Shown in pieces: positions 12,340 to 22,776 of a stretch of DNA of 64,000 bases. Made by a program: the position numbers and the translations under genes. The DNA comes from Octopus sinensis (taxonomy: Eukaryota): the NCBI RefSeq assembly GCF_006345805.1, contig NW_021833250.1, positions 1-64,000 of the forward strand. Direction: 5' to 3'. Numbering within the stretch: the stretch's first letter is position 1; the number at the start of each line of letters is the position of its first letter. Below the pieces are notes generated by a model that worked only from the letters and a program-made list of their open reading frames with translations, was not told the origin of the DNA and ran no database searches.

Positions 12340-12950
12340 TAAAAAATTTTATAAAATTCACAAATCCATTACCAATCTTATAAGCCGGAGCCGTCCCTAA
12401 AATGCTCCATTCAATAAAGAACGTTTTTTTATCATCTTTAAGATTCCAGATGAAATTACTAAGACTAGTAGAAGAAGCACTATTTCTGTTCCCAAAGGAA
12501 TGGTAATGATTCGAAACACTTTTCCTAATATAATTAGCAGAAGAACCAATATAAATGTAATCATTACCCTCAGAAATGTCTTTGGCTTGATAAACTACTT
12601 CTCTACGTTTACAAAAATTTCCAAATAAACAATTTTCTTTGTTTATACATTCACAAAGAGAATTTCCACCCTACTTGAGCTGTCAACAATTGAATTATTA
12701 TTAAGCAAAAAGCTATCCTCTTCATTATTATTAAAACTTATATTAGAATCACAACCATCACTACTACTCTGGCTATTAGCATCCATGGAATTGATCTCGC
12801 TAACATTAACTGAGCTATCACGAAGATAAAACCAGATAATTTCTTTTCATTAATAGAAGTAATCTGAGATTAATTCCGAGAAACCGAAAAAGCAACCTTA
12901 ATGGACTTCGGATTCAAAATCTCATAGTACCTACTTTTTTATTGAAATGT
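12340..12950 (-). mobile_element. Penelope-like element GIY-YIG endonuclease remnant
   Basis: Minus-strand translation: ...FCKRREVVYQAKDISEGNDYIYIGSS...NHYHSFGNRNSASSTSLSNFIWNLKDDKKTFFIEWSILGTAPAYKIG, matching the PLE endonuclease pattern VVY...YIG...H..SF...T.LS..IW.LK...W.IL. Confidence 0.7.
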
Positions 12951-13144
12951 TTCAACAGCAATTTATAAACAGCCCCAACTATGTTACTTGTTAATTGACG
13001 GGCATAAATTTTTTTCCTTTCCTTATACTTAATTTATTCATTAAACCAATACTGAATATATAGTATTTTATATATTCTTTGCTTAGACTGAAGCGTCGGA
13101 CTAGGATGTTTAATACAGCTTTGAAGGATTTTGTTCCTTACTTC

Positions 13145-13189
<45 letters not shown>

Positions 13190-13279
13190 TAATCCAAACA
13201 AGAAAGCACAAAAAAAAACACAATAACGCGAGGACGCGGAACAAATATAGTATTATTGGACGCTCAGGAAAGAAGGAGG

Positions 13280-13314
13280 GTTTAACGTTTCGAGCGGAGC
13301 TCTTCATCGGAAAC
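13280..13314 (-). ncRNA. Minimal type I hammerhead-like motif with CCGAUGA core
   Basis: GTTT-CCGATGA-A-GAGC-TCC-GCTC-GAAA-CG-TT-AAAC. Stems I and II pair. U4 is replaced by C. Confidence 0.5.
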
Positions 13315-13856
13315 ATAGGAGAAGGGAAGACATAGGAAAAAAATCGCCAACGGTACACACGAGGTCACATTATATATATATACCGTAAATCCTCGAGTAT
13401 AGTCCGCCGTTGAGTATAATACGCAGGGGATTTTTCGGAGGCTGTACCTCTGAAAAACCTTAACCTTGTCAAGCCGTGGTGGGGAGACAAACACACAAAA
13501 ACACATACATATATATTTGGATACATACATACATACATACATACATACATACATACATACATACATACGTACATACGTACATGCATACATGCATACATAC
13601 ATACATACATACATACATGCATACGTACATGCATACATACATACATACATACATACATACATACATACATACATACATACATACATACATGCATACATAC
13701 ATACATACATACATACGTACATACTTGTGTTGGCTAAAGTAGAAGTGACTGGGACTGAACACAGAAACATTTAGATGAGAAGCAAGCTTCTTGCTACAAA
13801 GGCACGCCTACGATTCCATGTATTTTCATGTATTTTATATATAATGTGCACGCGCG

Positions 13857-13922
<66 letters not shown>

Positions 13923-13944
13923 TATGGGTAAATTATTGTAATCT

Positions 13945-15160
13945 GATAATTTCGCGCGTGCACATTGTTTGTTTTTAATTTTGTCAACTACAATGAACAT
14001 AAGGGTCAGGTGGCACCCTCTGTGAGAAAAACAGCATCATGACGCAATCCCTCTGCCAAAAATTTGGGAACGACATGCTGTACTGCTAGGTATTCGCACC
14101 GGAAGCTCCAATACGGACATATCAGAGTGTTTGGGTGTTAATCTGAGGACAGTACAGTGGATTCGAAAAGAGTTGAATGAATCTAATGGGGATTTCGAAG
14201 GTATGGCAGCTCGGAAAACTCACTCTAATGCTTCTGGTAAGAGAATAACTCCTGAATTTGCTGGTGAGTTCCAGGCCATGATTCACAGCGATCTCTGCAA
14301 GTCAATCAGGTCCATTGCCAGGGACATAGGAATTCTTGAGTTTCTTATCAGGCAGATATTGCATGAAGACATTCGGTATTCCTCATACAAGATGAAAATG
14401 GGCCAATTTTTATCCCAAGCCATCAAGGACAATAGGAAAAATTGCGTTACGAAGCCTTTGAACAAACTGAAGTATCCCCTCCGACCGAACATGCATTGGT
14501 TTTCCGCAGAGGAGAAAAATTTGTCAGGATCAGATGATGAAGACACAGAACAACTGTTTACTTGCCGTCTCTCCAAAGCATGTACCGAGAGTGGTAAAAA
14601 TTAAACATCCAGTCAACATCATGGTGTTTGGAGTGATCACTAGTGATGGTGACGTTATGCCTCCATTCATCTTCCCACACAGCCTGAGACTCAACACGGA
14701 GGCCTACATCAAATGTCCGGAGACGGTAGGGCTGCTCTGGATGAAAAGGGTGACTGGTGGAAGACCTTATGTCTGGCAACAAGACTCTGCACTATGCCAC
14801 ACAAGCAGGATAGACTATGCATGGCTGTCAGTCAATTTCTGCGACCACATCACCCTTAACATCTGGCCAAATAACTCCCCAGACTGCAACCCCTTTGAGT
14901 ATTATGTGTGGGTTGCAGTTGAGCGAGTGACCAACAAAACTCCTTGTAACGCCAAAGATGAACTGAAGGCAAGGACTTTGGCAGATTTCACCAACTTAAA
15001 CAGGAAGACCGCCCAGAAGAGTCGCATGAGATTCCGAAGTCGTCTGGAGGCTGTGGTTACAGCCAATGGCGATTTTATTAAAATGATTTTATTAAAATAA
15101 GGTGTCAGCGCTATTTTCATTTTTGTGTAATTTAGACGACAGTTTATTTACCGCACCCTG
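13945..15160 (+). mobile_element. IS630-Tc1-mariner transposon, maT-like, frameshifted (ORFs 14131-14604, 14534-15100)
   Basis: KHPVNIMVFGVITSDG, WQQDSALCH and WPNNSPDCNPFEYYVW motifs. 37 residues separate the second D from the third acidic residue. 3' end ...CACCCTG|TA. 5' TIR is degraded. Confidence 0.85.
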
Positions 15161-15245
<85 letters not shown>

Positions 15246-15248
<3 letters not shown>

Positions 15249-15955
15249 ATAGTTATCGCCATACTAATATGGCATTCTTATAAAAATAAGAAAAAAGCTG
15301 TCCGCTATTAGCTCCATGAGGCCATCGCCTTAAGTTAGCTATTTGATACACAAACTGTATCCATATAACCTTCGAACAAGGGAGGTCAGTCGCTCCACAC
15401 TACTTGCATATTTGAGTTTGTTGGCACTGTTAGTTTCGAGCAGATCTTCAAAGCGATAACAAGCCGAAAGGGTATGCTCCCACTTTCAGTGTTTTCAAAT
15501 CCAAACCAGGGAGTTCTGAGCTGATGATAGAAGTGTCGATTTTGACTAATCTTGAAACGTACGTTCTCAAATAACCTTTGCATTTGATTTTTTAATGTCT
15601 CTACCCCCATACTGTTCTCTTTTAGAGAGACTTAGTTATTTTAATATTTCTATTATTGAAAACAAGTGGATGTATTCCACCGAAACTAGGTAAATAAAAC
15701 CATCGAACAGAGATTGTCGGAAGCGACACCTACTGGCTGGCTACGCTGCATTGAAAAGGGGCAATACCCCGAAACGCGTCTGTAGCTGCCGGTCAAGTAG
15801 TGTGGAGCGACTGACCTCCCTTGTTCGAAGGTTATATGGATACAGTTTGTGTATCAAATAGCTAATTTAAGGCGATGGCCTCATGGAGCTAATAAGCGGA
15901 CAGCTTTTTTCTTATTTTTATAAGAATGCCATATTAGTATGGCGATAACTATTAT
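15246..15955. mobile_element. Fold-back element with ~160-bp inverted termini carrying two degenerate hammerhead scaffolds
   Basis: Arms 15246-15406 and 15794-15955 are ~98% reverse-complementary. HHR-like motifs at 15517-15569 and 15745-15786 (+). Confidence 0.75.
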
Positions 15956-16122
15956 TTTCCGGGAACGCTGCCGCTGTTCTCTTTTAGAGAGACTTAGTTA
16001 TTTTAATATTTCTATTATATATATATATATATACAGTTTTCACGAGCAAAGTGTTCCGTTGATAGTATCAGCTGTGACCCTTGTCGTCGTAACCGATGAT
16101 GTGTTCCTATATATATATATAT

Positions 16123-16397
16123 GGAGCAGTTTGCTCGTGAAATTAACGTGCAAGTGACTGAGCAATCCACAGAGACGTGTACCCCTAACGTAGTTCTCAG
16201 GGAGATTCAGCGTGACAAAGAGTGTGACAAGGCCAGCCCTTTGAAATACAGGTGCAACTCATTTTTGCCAGCTGAATGGACTGGAGCAACGTGAAATAAA
16301 GTGTCTTGCTCAAGGACACAATGCGTCGCCAGGAATTGAACTCACGACCTTACAATCGTGAACCGAATGCTTTAACCACTAAGTCACGCACCTTCAC
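16123..16397 (-). mobile_element. tRNA-derived SINE (second family)
   Basis: Reverse complement head GTGAAGGTGCGTGACTTAGTGG (A box)...GAGTTCAATTCC (B box), followed by TGTGTCCTTGAGCAAGACAC. Confidence 0.75.
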
Positions 16398-17984
16398 TAT
16401 ATGTATATATATATATATATATATATTTCACCGTTTCTCGTACTGTTAGCGTTCCGTATTTCAGTCGAGTGTGTTAGTATTTATGTGGTAACATCGTAGT
16501 TTCGTCTTGGTATATGTTTGGCTGAAGAAGGTAAAGCAAATATGGGTGAGAGACATATCTTGCAAAACCTGAAACCTGCAGGTACCACATTATCCATTTT
16601 CCGGGTGTTTCATCTTTCAGATGTTCTCCCTGGAGGTAAGACGGTTTTTTTTCTCTATTTTGTTGCACACACGCATTTTTACTAATACATACGCGGTGAA
16701 GCTACACATTAGCGTCGTAATTTTACGTTCGCTATTTCCAGTAAATATCGGTACTTAGTTGTGCCATTTATTTACTAATTTGTATATATATATATATATA
16801 TATATATTACTGTTGAGTGTAGTGAAGAAGTCCATTATTGTTTCTTGCTGGTATCAAAAGGAACCTCTTTTTTTTACCTTGTGTTCCAATGGTAGCAACA
16901 GTAGTGATTGTTGGTCGTAGTAGTTGGTCGTAATTTTGGCTTCCTTGGTGGTGGTTGGGGTTAGTAGTAGAGGACTGTTGATCGTAGCAGCAATAGTGGT
17001 GGGTTCACTGGCACTGTTCACTGACGTCACATAATTCCAAACCAATCAAAACCAAACTTCAACGAATACAAGGAAAAGACCCTTAACTGTATCCTGTAAG
17101 GAAACCAACCAAGCAGAACGACAAGCTTGACCACGGAAGAAAAACGTCATCAATTTTTTAACGAATCAAAATCAGATCTGCTCGCAGAAAAAAATTCTTT
17201 ATATATATATATATATATATACGAAAGAAGGCTTGAAAATGCAATTTAAAAGATGTTTATTTACTTAACCGGTTTCACTCTTTGGAAAAAGATTGTCAAA
17301 AGTAACATATGGAAGTTTGGTTGCGTTAATTATTGGTTGTTGCAAATTGCTACATTACATGTATATATACAGTCTTTGGTAACAGGGACATGTTAAGGAC
17401 GTAAAAAAGTACAACAGTATGATGAGAATATAAAGAGGTTTAACAAGCTCATTGAAAAAATGGGCAGAAAAGATAAAAACAAATATATTATACATCTCAG
17501 GGTAATTTCCAGGAGGAATTATAAAAAAAAGTTCAGTACAGAATATTATGAATTCAAAAAAATTTACATTAAGATTTACATTAATGAAGTGGCGAGGTTG
17601 TTTACTGACCTGTCCGTTTTAGCAGAAATGTGGAATTGAAAAAGATGTACCCGTTTTTTTCTTTTTTTGGCTCTCCTTCAAGCATCAATGATTTTGGGGT
17701 TAGGATGAGGTGAATATGTGTGTCTCTGCGTGTATGTGTGCGTGCATACATATACATGTGGTGTGAATAGATGTGTCTGTGTGTCTGTAGTATTTGGTCA
17801 GATGGTGTCTGTTTGTCAAGTGTGTGTGGTTGTCATGGAGTTGTGTGTGCGTGTGTGTGCGCGTGTGTGTGTTTGTATGTGCGTGCGTGCGTGTGTACGC
17901 ATGTATGAGTGTGGATGACATTTGACATGGTGCTGCGTGTGTATATATGTGCATACAACTATTCTGGACGGACTCCTCGTTTAA

Positions 17985-18614
17985 GTTAGTGAAATGCTGG
18001 CATAGTTCTTGCCTTCATCTTCGGTACACCCCACACATAATACTCAAAGGGGTTGCAGTCTGGGGAGTTACTTGGCCAGATGTTAAGGGTGATGTGGTCG
18101 CAGAAATTGACTGACAGCCATGCATGGTCTATCCTGCTTGTGTGGCATAGTTCAGAGTCTTGTTGCCAGACATAATGTCTCCAGCAGCCACCTTTTTCAT
18201 CCAGAGCAGCCCTTCCGTCTCCAGACATTTGATGTAGGCCTCCGTGTTGAGTTTGAGGCCATGTGGAAAGATGAATTGGGGCATAACGTCGCCATCACTA
18301 ATGACCACTCCAAACACCATGATGTTGAATGGATGTTTAATTTTTATCACACTCGGTACATGTCTTCAGATTGCACTGTCCTCAGATTGGCACCCAAACA
18401 CTGAAATGTTCGTATTGAAGCTTCAGGCGTGAATGCCAAGCAGTACATGTTGTTTTCAAATTTCTGTGAGAGTGAATTGCGTCATGGCGCTATTTTTCTC
18501 ACAGACGGTGCGCAACTGACCCTACTATACCGTGTAGCCGACAAAATCAAAAACAAACTATGCGCCTACGCGAAATTAGAAATATAAAATGGCGGCAACT
18601 TATCCTTCGCTCTC

Positions 18615-18628
<14 letters not shown>
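17985..18628 (-). mobile_element. Internally deleted copy of the maT-like transposon
   Basis: ORFs KHPFNIMVFGVVISDG and WQQDSELCH...SPDCNPFEYYVWG. The ~420 bp corresponding to 14157-14578 is missing. Confidence 0.8.
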
Positions 18629-18662
<34 letters not shown>

Positions 18663-18663
<1 letters not shown>

Positions 18664-20290
18664 TAGCAGTAGAGCCTGGCGTTGCCCGAGATTAAGTTAG
18701 GATTATCAAGCTAATAAAGTATTTGTTTCAAACCAAACTAAGTTACACCGACGTTAAATTTGAGCGAGATCCATTGATATTGGTAAACGTTTGGCCGAAA
18801 ATGGGTTGCAGACAACTTGATTGGGAAATCCCACAAGGAATCGGTTTATCGATTTTTCCACTCATCGATTGTTTTTTTTTTTTTTTTGGAGCACTTAAAG
18901 CATTCAAAAATCCCATGAGTCCTAAGTAACACCGGCATAGGTTTCAACAAAATACGTCAAAATTGGGAAAAGTTATAGTTGAAAATGGGGAGTAGCCAAT
19001 TTTAGTGGGAAATCCTATAAGGAATTGGTTTATCGCTTTTACATCCTGATTGAATGGAAAACCCTATAAGAATCAGTTTATTGATTTTTCACCCTAAATA
19101 GGACTTAACCGAACACAACATTGCTGATTCAAAAAGAATCTCTATATTTATACTTTAAAGTTGGTTTTCACACCCAACCCAGTTCTGCAGAATCAGTGTC
19201 ATGACGGGTACGCTTGGGCTGGGAGTGTGACCGGCAGAGGTGATCAGGTTTCACATGCCGGCCGTTTCGAAACTTCTCCCCCATCATCTAACCCTGGCCC
19301 ATGGGTTGGGAACCCTTCCGGCAAGGAAAATAGAACGCCCAAAAGGGCTCTCGATCCTCTGTGTCAGAAGAGGTTATGTTCAGATCACAACTAAGCCTTA
19401 ACCGAAGCCTAAACTAAACTAACTAAAGTGGGCTCGGGAACCTCTAAAAGGCAGTGACTAATCCTAACTCCTCCTAGGGGTACTATCGTTCAAGGCTGCA
19501 TCGAAGCTAAAGGTTGCCTCGTAGATCTGCATCGAAGATCTGCATTGGGGAAGGTTGCATCGAAGGTTTGTACTGGATAAGGATGGATCAATGGTTTGCA
19601 TTAGAGATCTGCAGTTAAGAAGGTTGACTAAAAGATTTGGATTGGATAAGGTAGCATTAGAGATCTGAATTGGAGAAGGTTGATTCGAAGGCTTGCATTG
19701 GGGATTCGGATTGGAGTAGCTTAGGAAAACTTACCAACAGACTTAACAAAAAAATAAGGGGCCTGGCACTTCTAGCCTAACTCTATGAGCAACTTGGCCA
19801 AGCGCTGATATCAGCCAAGTGAGCATTGTTGTTGGAGAAGTCAGCATTGTACAGTAAAGAAGAGGAAGTGTCCATGAGTCATGTTTGCCGTCGTTTGAGA
19901 ATATGTCCGACCAATGCTTCCGGCTTATAACCACATAGGCTACAATGATGACTTGTTCTTTCTACGTCTATAAAACTTCACTATAGACAACATTGCGTGT
20001 TCTGCCCTGAGGATCATACACAAAAAGAGCGTTTCTACTCCCCACACGAGAGCAGGCCACATGAAGTTGCCCATGTGAAAAGCACGGCTCTCCCAAATGG
20101 ATGCCCGCTACCGAAAGTGTTTGGCCTTGGGATTTGTTGATGGACATGGCGAAGCATGGCCTCACCAGGAACTGCGATCTGCGGAAGTTAAACGGCATCC
20201 CGAGAGATAAAGGTGCATCCTTGGAATGAAACATTTTCCCCGCTCCTGCACCCCGTAACAATGGTGGCTTCAATAAAGTGGGGCGTCAGG
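18663..20290 (-). mobile_element. Helitron 3' remnant
   Basis: CTAG at 18663-18666 preceded (on -) by a degenerate hairpin. Inverted homolog of ~1400-2161. Contains the helicase C-terminus. Confidence 0.75.
19968..20273 (-). pseudogene. Helitron Pif1-family helicase C-terminal fragment
   Basis: PFNFRRSQFLVRPCFAMSINKSQGQTL...EPCFSHGQLHVACSRVG...RTRNVVYSEVL. Confidence 0.9.
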
Positions 20291-21078
20291 GACTTGTCTA
20301 CCAAGCGGGTCCCGTTGCACTGTTTAGGCGGATAAAGCGTGTAGTCTTTATCCCATTTGAGTTTTATTGAATGGTTCTATAAAATTTTCTTAACAATAGG
20401 ATATATTGTAAGTTTACACACACATACACACACACACACATACACACACAAACACATACACACACATACACACACATACACACATACACACACACACACA
20501 CACCACACACACAAACACACACTTGGTGTTACTGTTGTTGTGATGCGTGTAGTCTTTATTCCATTTGAGTAGTTGTTTTGAGTGAAAACGTGCCGTTTGA
20601 AGTATTCATCTCGTTGGATGGTAGGTTTTCTTGAGTGGGGGATTAAAGCAGTGACTTATTTCTGGTATCATTATATCATTGAAGATTTTATGGCAGGAGA
20701 TAAGTTTCAGTGAAGGCTAATCTTTGTTTTGAGTCACAGAGTTGTCAATGATCTATCAGCTGTTAAGGTACAGCTTCGGTAAATTCCGTAAAAAAATTTT
20801 ATTTGTTTTTTTGAACTGGAAATGTACATTTAATTTGACGTTAGCATAAAGTGAAAAAGAGAGAAAATGACAGGGACATGTGTATATGTTGATGGTGGGA
20901 TGTGAGATAGAAAGTGTGTGTGTGAGAGAGAGAGAAGGTGTGTGCTGATGTGTGTGTGTGTGTGTTTGTGAGGGAGAGAGGGAGAGTGACAGCGTACATT
21001 TTTTAATTTATTTTCCCTCGCATCTTTTTGGAGTGAGTGATTAACTGAAAGAGAGAGAGTGAGAGAGAGAGAGAGAGT

Positions 21079-21109
<31 letters not shown>

Positions 21110-22069
21110 ATAGCGTAACACCCCTCTCTCTCACACACCAAAAAAAGATGCGAGAAAAAGCAAATAAAATTTATGGTATCTCTCTCTGTCTCTCGCTGTT
21201 TCTCTCTCTCTCTGTCTCACACACACAGTAACATACACTTTCTCTCTCATTCCGACAACACACATCACTCTCTTTGTCTCTCTCTCTCTGTCTCTCTCTC
21301 TCTCTCTCTGTCTTTCTCGCTCAGTCAATCACGCACACACTCAAGAAAGATGCGAGGAAGACAATTTTTTTTGCTTATAACAGGGGAAAACAAAAAAATA
21401 GATAGAAGTATGGTTAGAGGATGAATAATTAGTATAGAGATCATGAGGGAAGAAGAAGAAGAAGAAGAAGAAGAAGAAGAAGAAGAAGAGAAGAAGAAGA
21501 AGAAGAAGAAGAAGAAGAAGAAGAAGAAGAAGAAGAAGAAGAAGAAGAAGAAGAAGAAGAAGAAAGGAAAAAGCAATATATAACAAGTCGGTGTATCTGG
21601 ACTAAAGATTCTCAAAATGGTCAACGATTCCCAGAATACTTATAGGTAAAAGCAGAGAACTGGAGTTCAGAAAAGTGATTTAAAAATTTATAAACAATGT
21701 TATTTTTCAACGAATATTGTTTGGGTGCATTGAAGATATGTAAAATAAAGAAAATATAGAATATATAGAAAAATAAATTTGAAATTTAAAATTTCAGTAT
21801 GTCCAAGAGCACTAGTATAATTACAATATCGTGTCATATAATAAGTTGGTAAGATGCATAGATTGAAAATTAATACTTAGTAACGTTGATATAATAGCCC
21901 TATAAAGGAGACTGCAGTAAAATGGGTTTATAAAGTTTGAAGATTAAGAAAGATAAAGATTAAAATTTAGAATGAGCAGAAGCAAAACTTTATATTAAGT
22001 TTTGCAGTAAGTTGCTAATTTTAAATGATAAATTGAATGTGAGAAACTTTTCGGAACAAATGCCCGATA

Positions 22070-22690
22070 TACAATCACCTAAGAAGGCCTTCATGTATGC
22101 CCTGCCACTTCTGTCGATAGACAAGCAAATCATGCAGAGTCCCTCTTGGAGCTACGAGCTGATAGTGATAAAGAATGTGATTCAGAGTAAAAGAGTCGCG
22201 TAGTCTGACACTTATTAGAATAGTGCAAGATAAGAGTAAAATTTAGAATAGCTGGAGGAAGCATTCCAAGAGATTAGGAAGAACCATTTAAGAGCTTGGG
22301 GCATATATACGCTGGGACATTGTCAGATACGAGTCGTGGGATGCAGATCATGAAACAAGCCAGGAGTGGACTAACAGTTGGTTCGAAGCTACCAGGGAAG
22401 CAAACTAAGGTGCTTACATTTCGGCTTATATCCGCAACTTTCGTGGCCACTTTTAATATACGAGGTGGCATAACACGAGTCCAAATCATTGAGAAAAAGT
22501 GCAATGCATTCATTAGAAAGTGGTTAGGCGTACGTCGGATATTGAACAGCTCAGCTTTTTATCGAAAAGAGGCTCAATGCAATTACCACTGGAGTCAGTA
22601 GTCGAAATTAATGTAGTAAGGAAGGTGTGAACGGTGATGATGCTAAGAGAATCGAAGGATGTAGAAATCAGGTAAAATCCACCAGATTAC
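22070..22690 (+). mobile_element. HERO-like non-LTR RT fragment; duplicated at ~38505-39110, extra piece at ~37130-37300
   Basis: KAFM(Y/D)DL.LLSIDKQI.QS (ALMDDLTLL in the 37.1 kb copy), EEPFKSLG, SKLPGK, EKKCNAFIRKWLG and QLPLESVVE motifs. Confidence 0.6.
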
Positions 22691-22776
22691 TATACAAAGT
22701 AGTTAAAACTGATGGAATAATTTCTGGAATATTGGAATAATTATATTTTTGGGAAAATGTTAATAGTTTCGTAAAT

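Noticed and set aside
17261-17305. Hammerhead-like scaffold TTACT...GAAACCGGTTA-AGTAA; similar GAAACGCGT remnants at ~2275 and ~31550
   Set aside because: The CUGANGA core is absent or heavily mutated, so these were not called as ribozymes.
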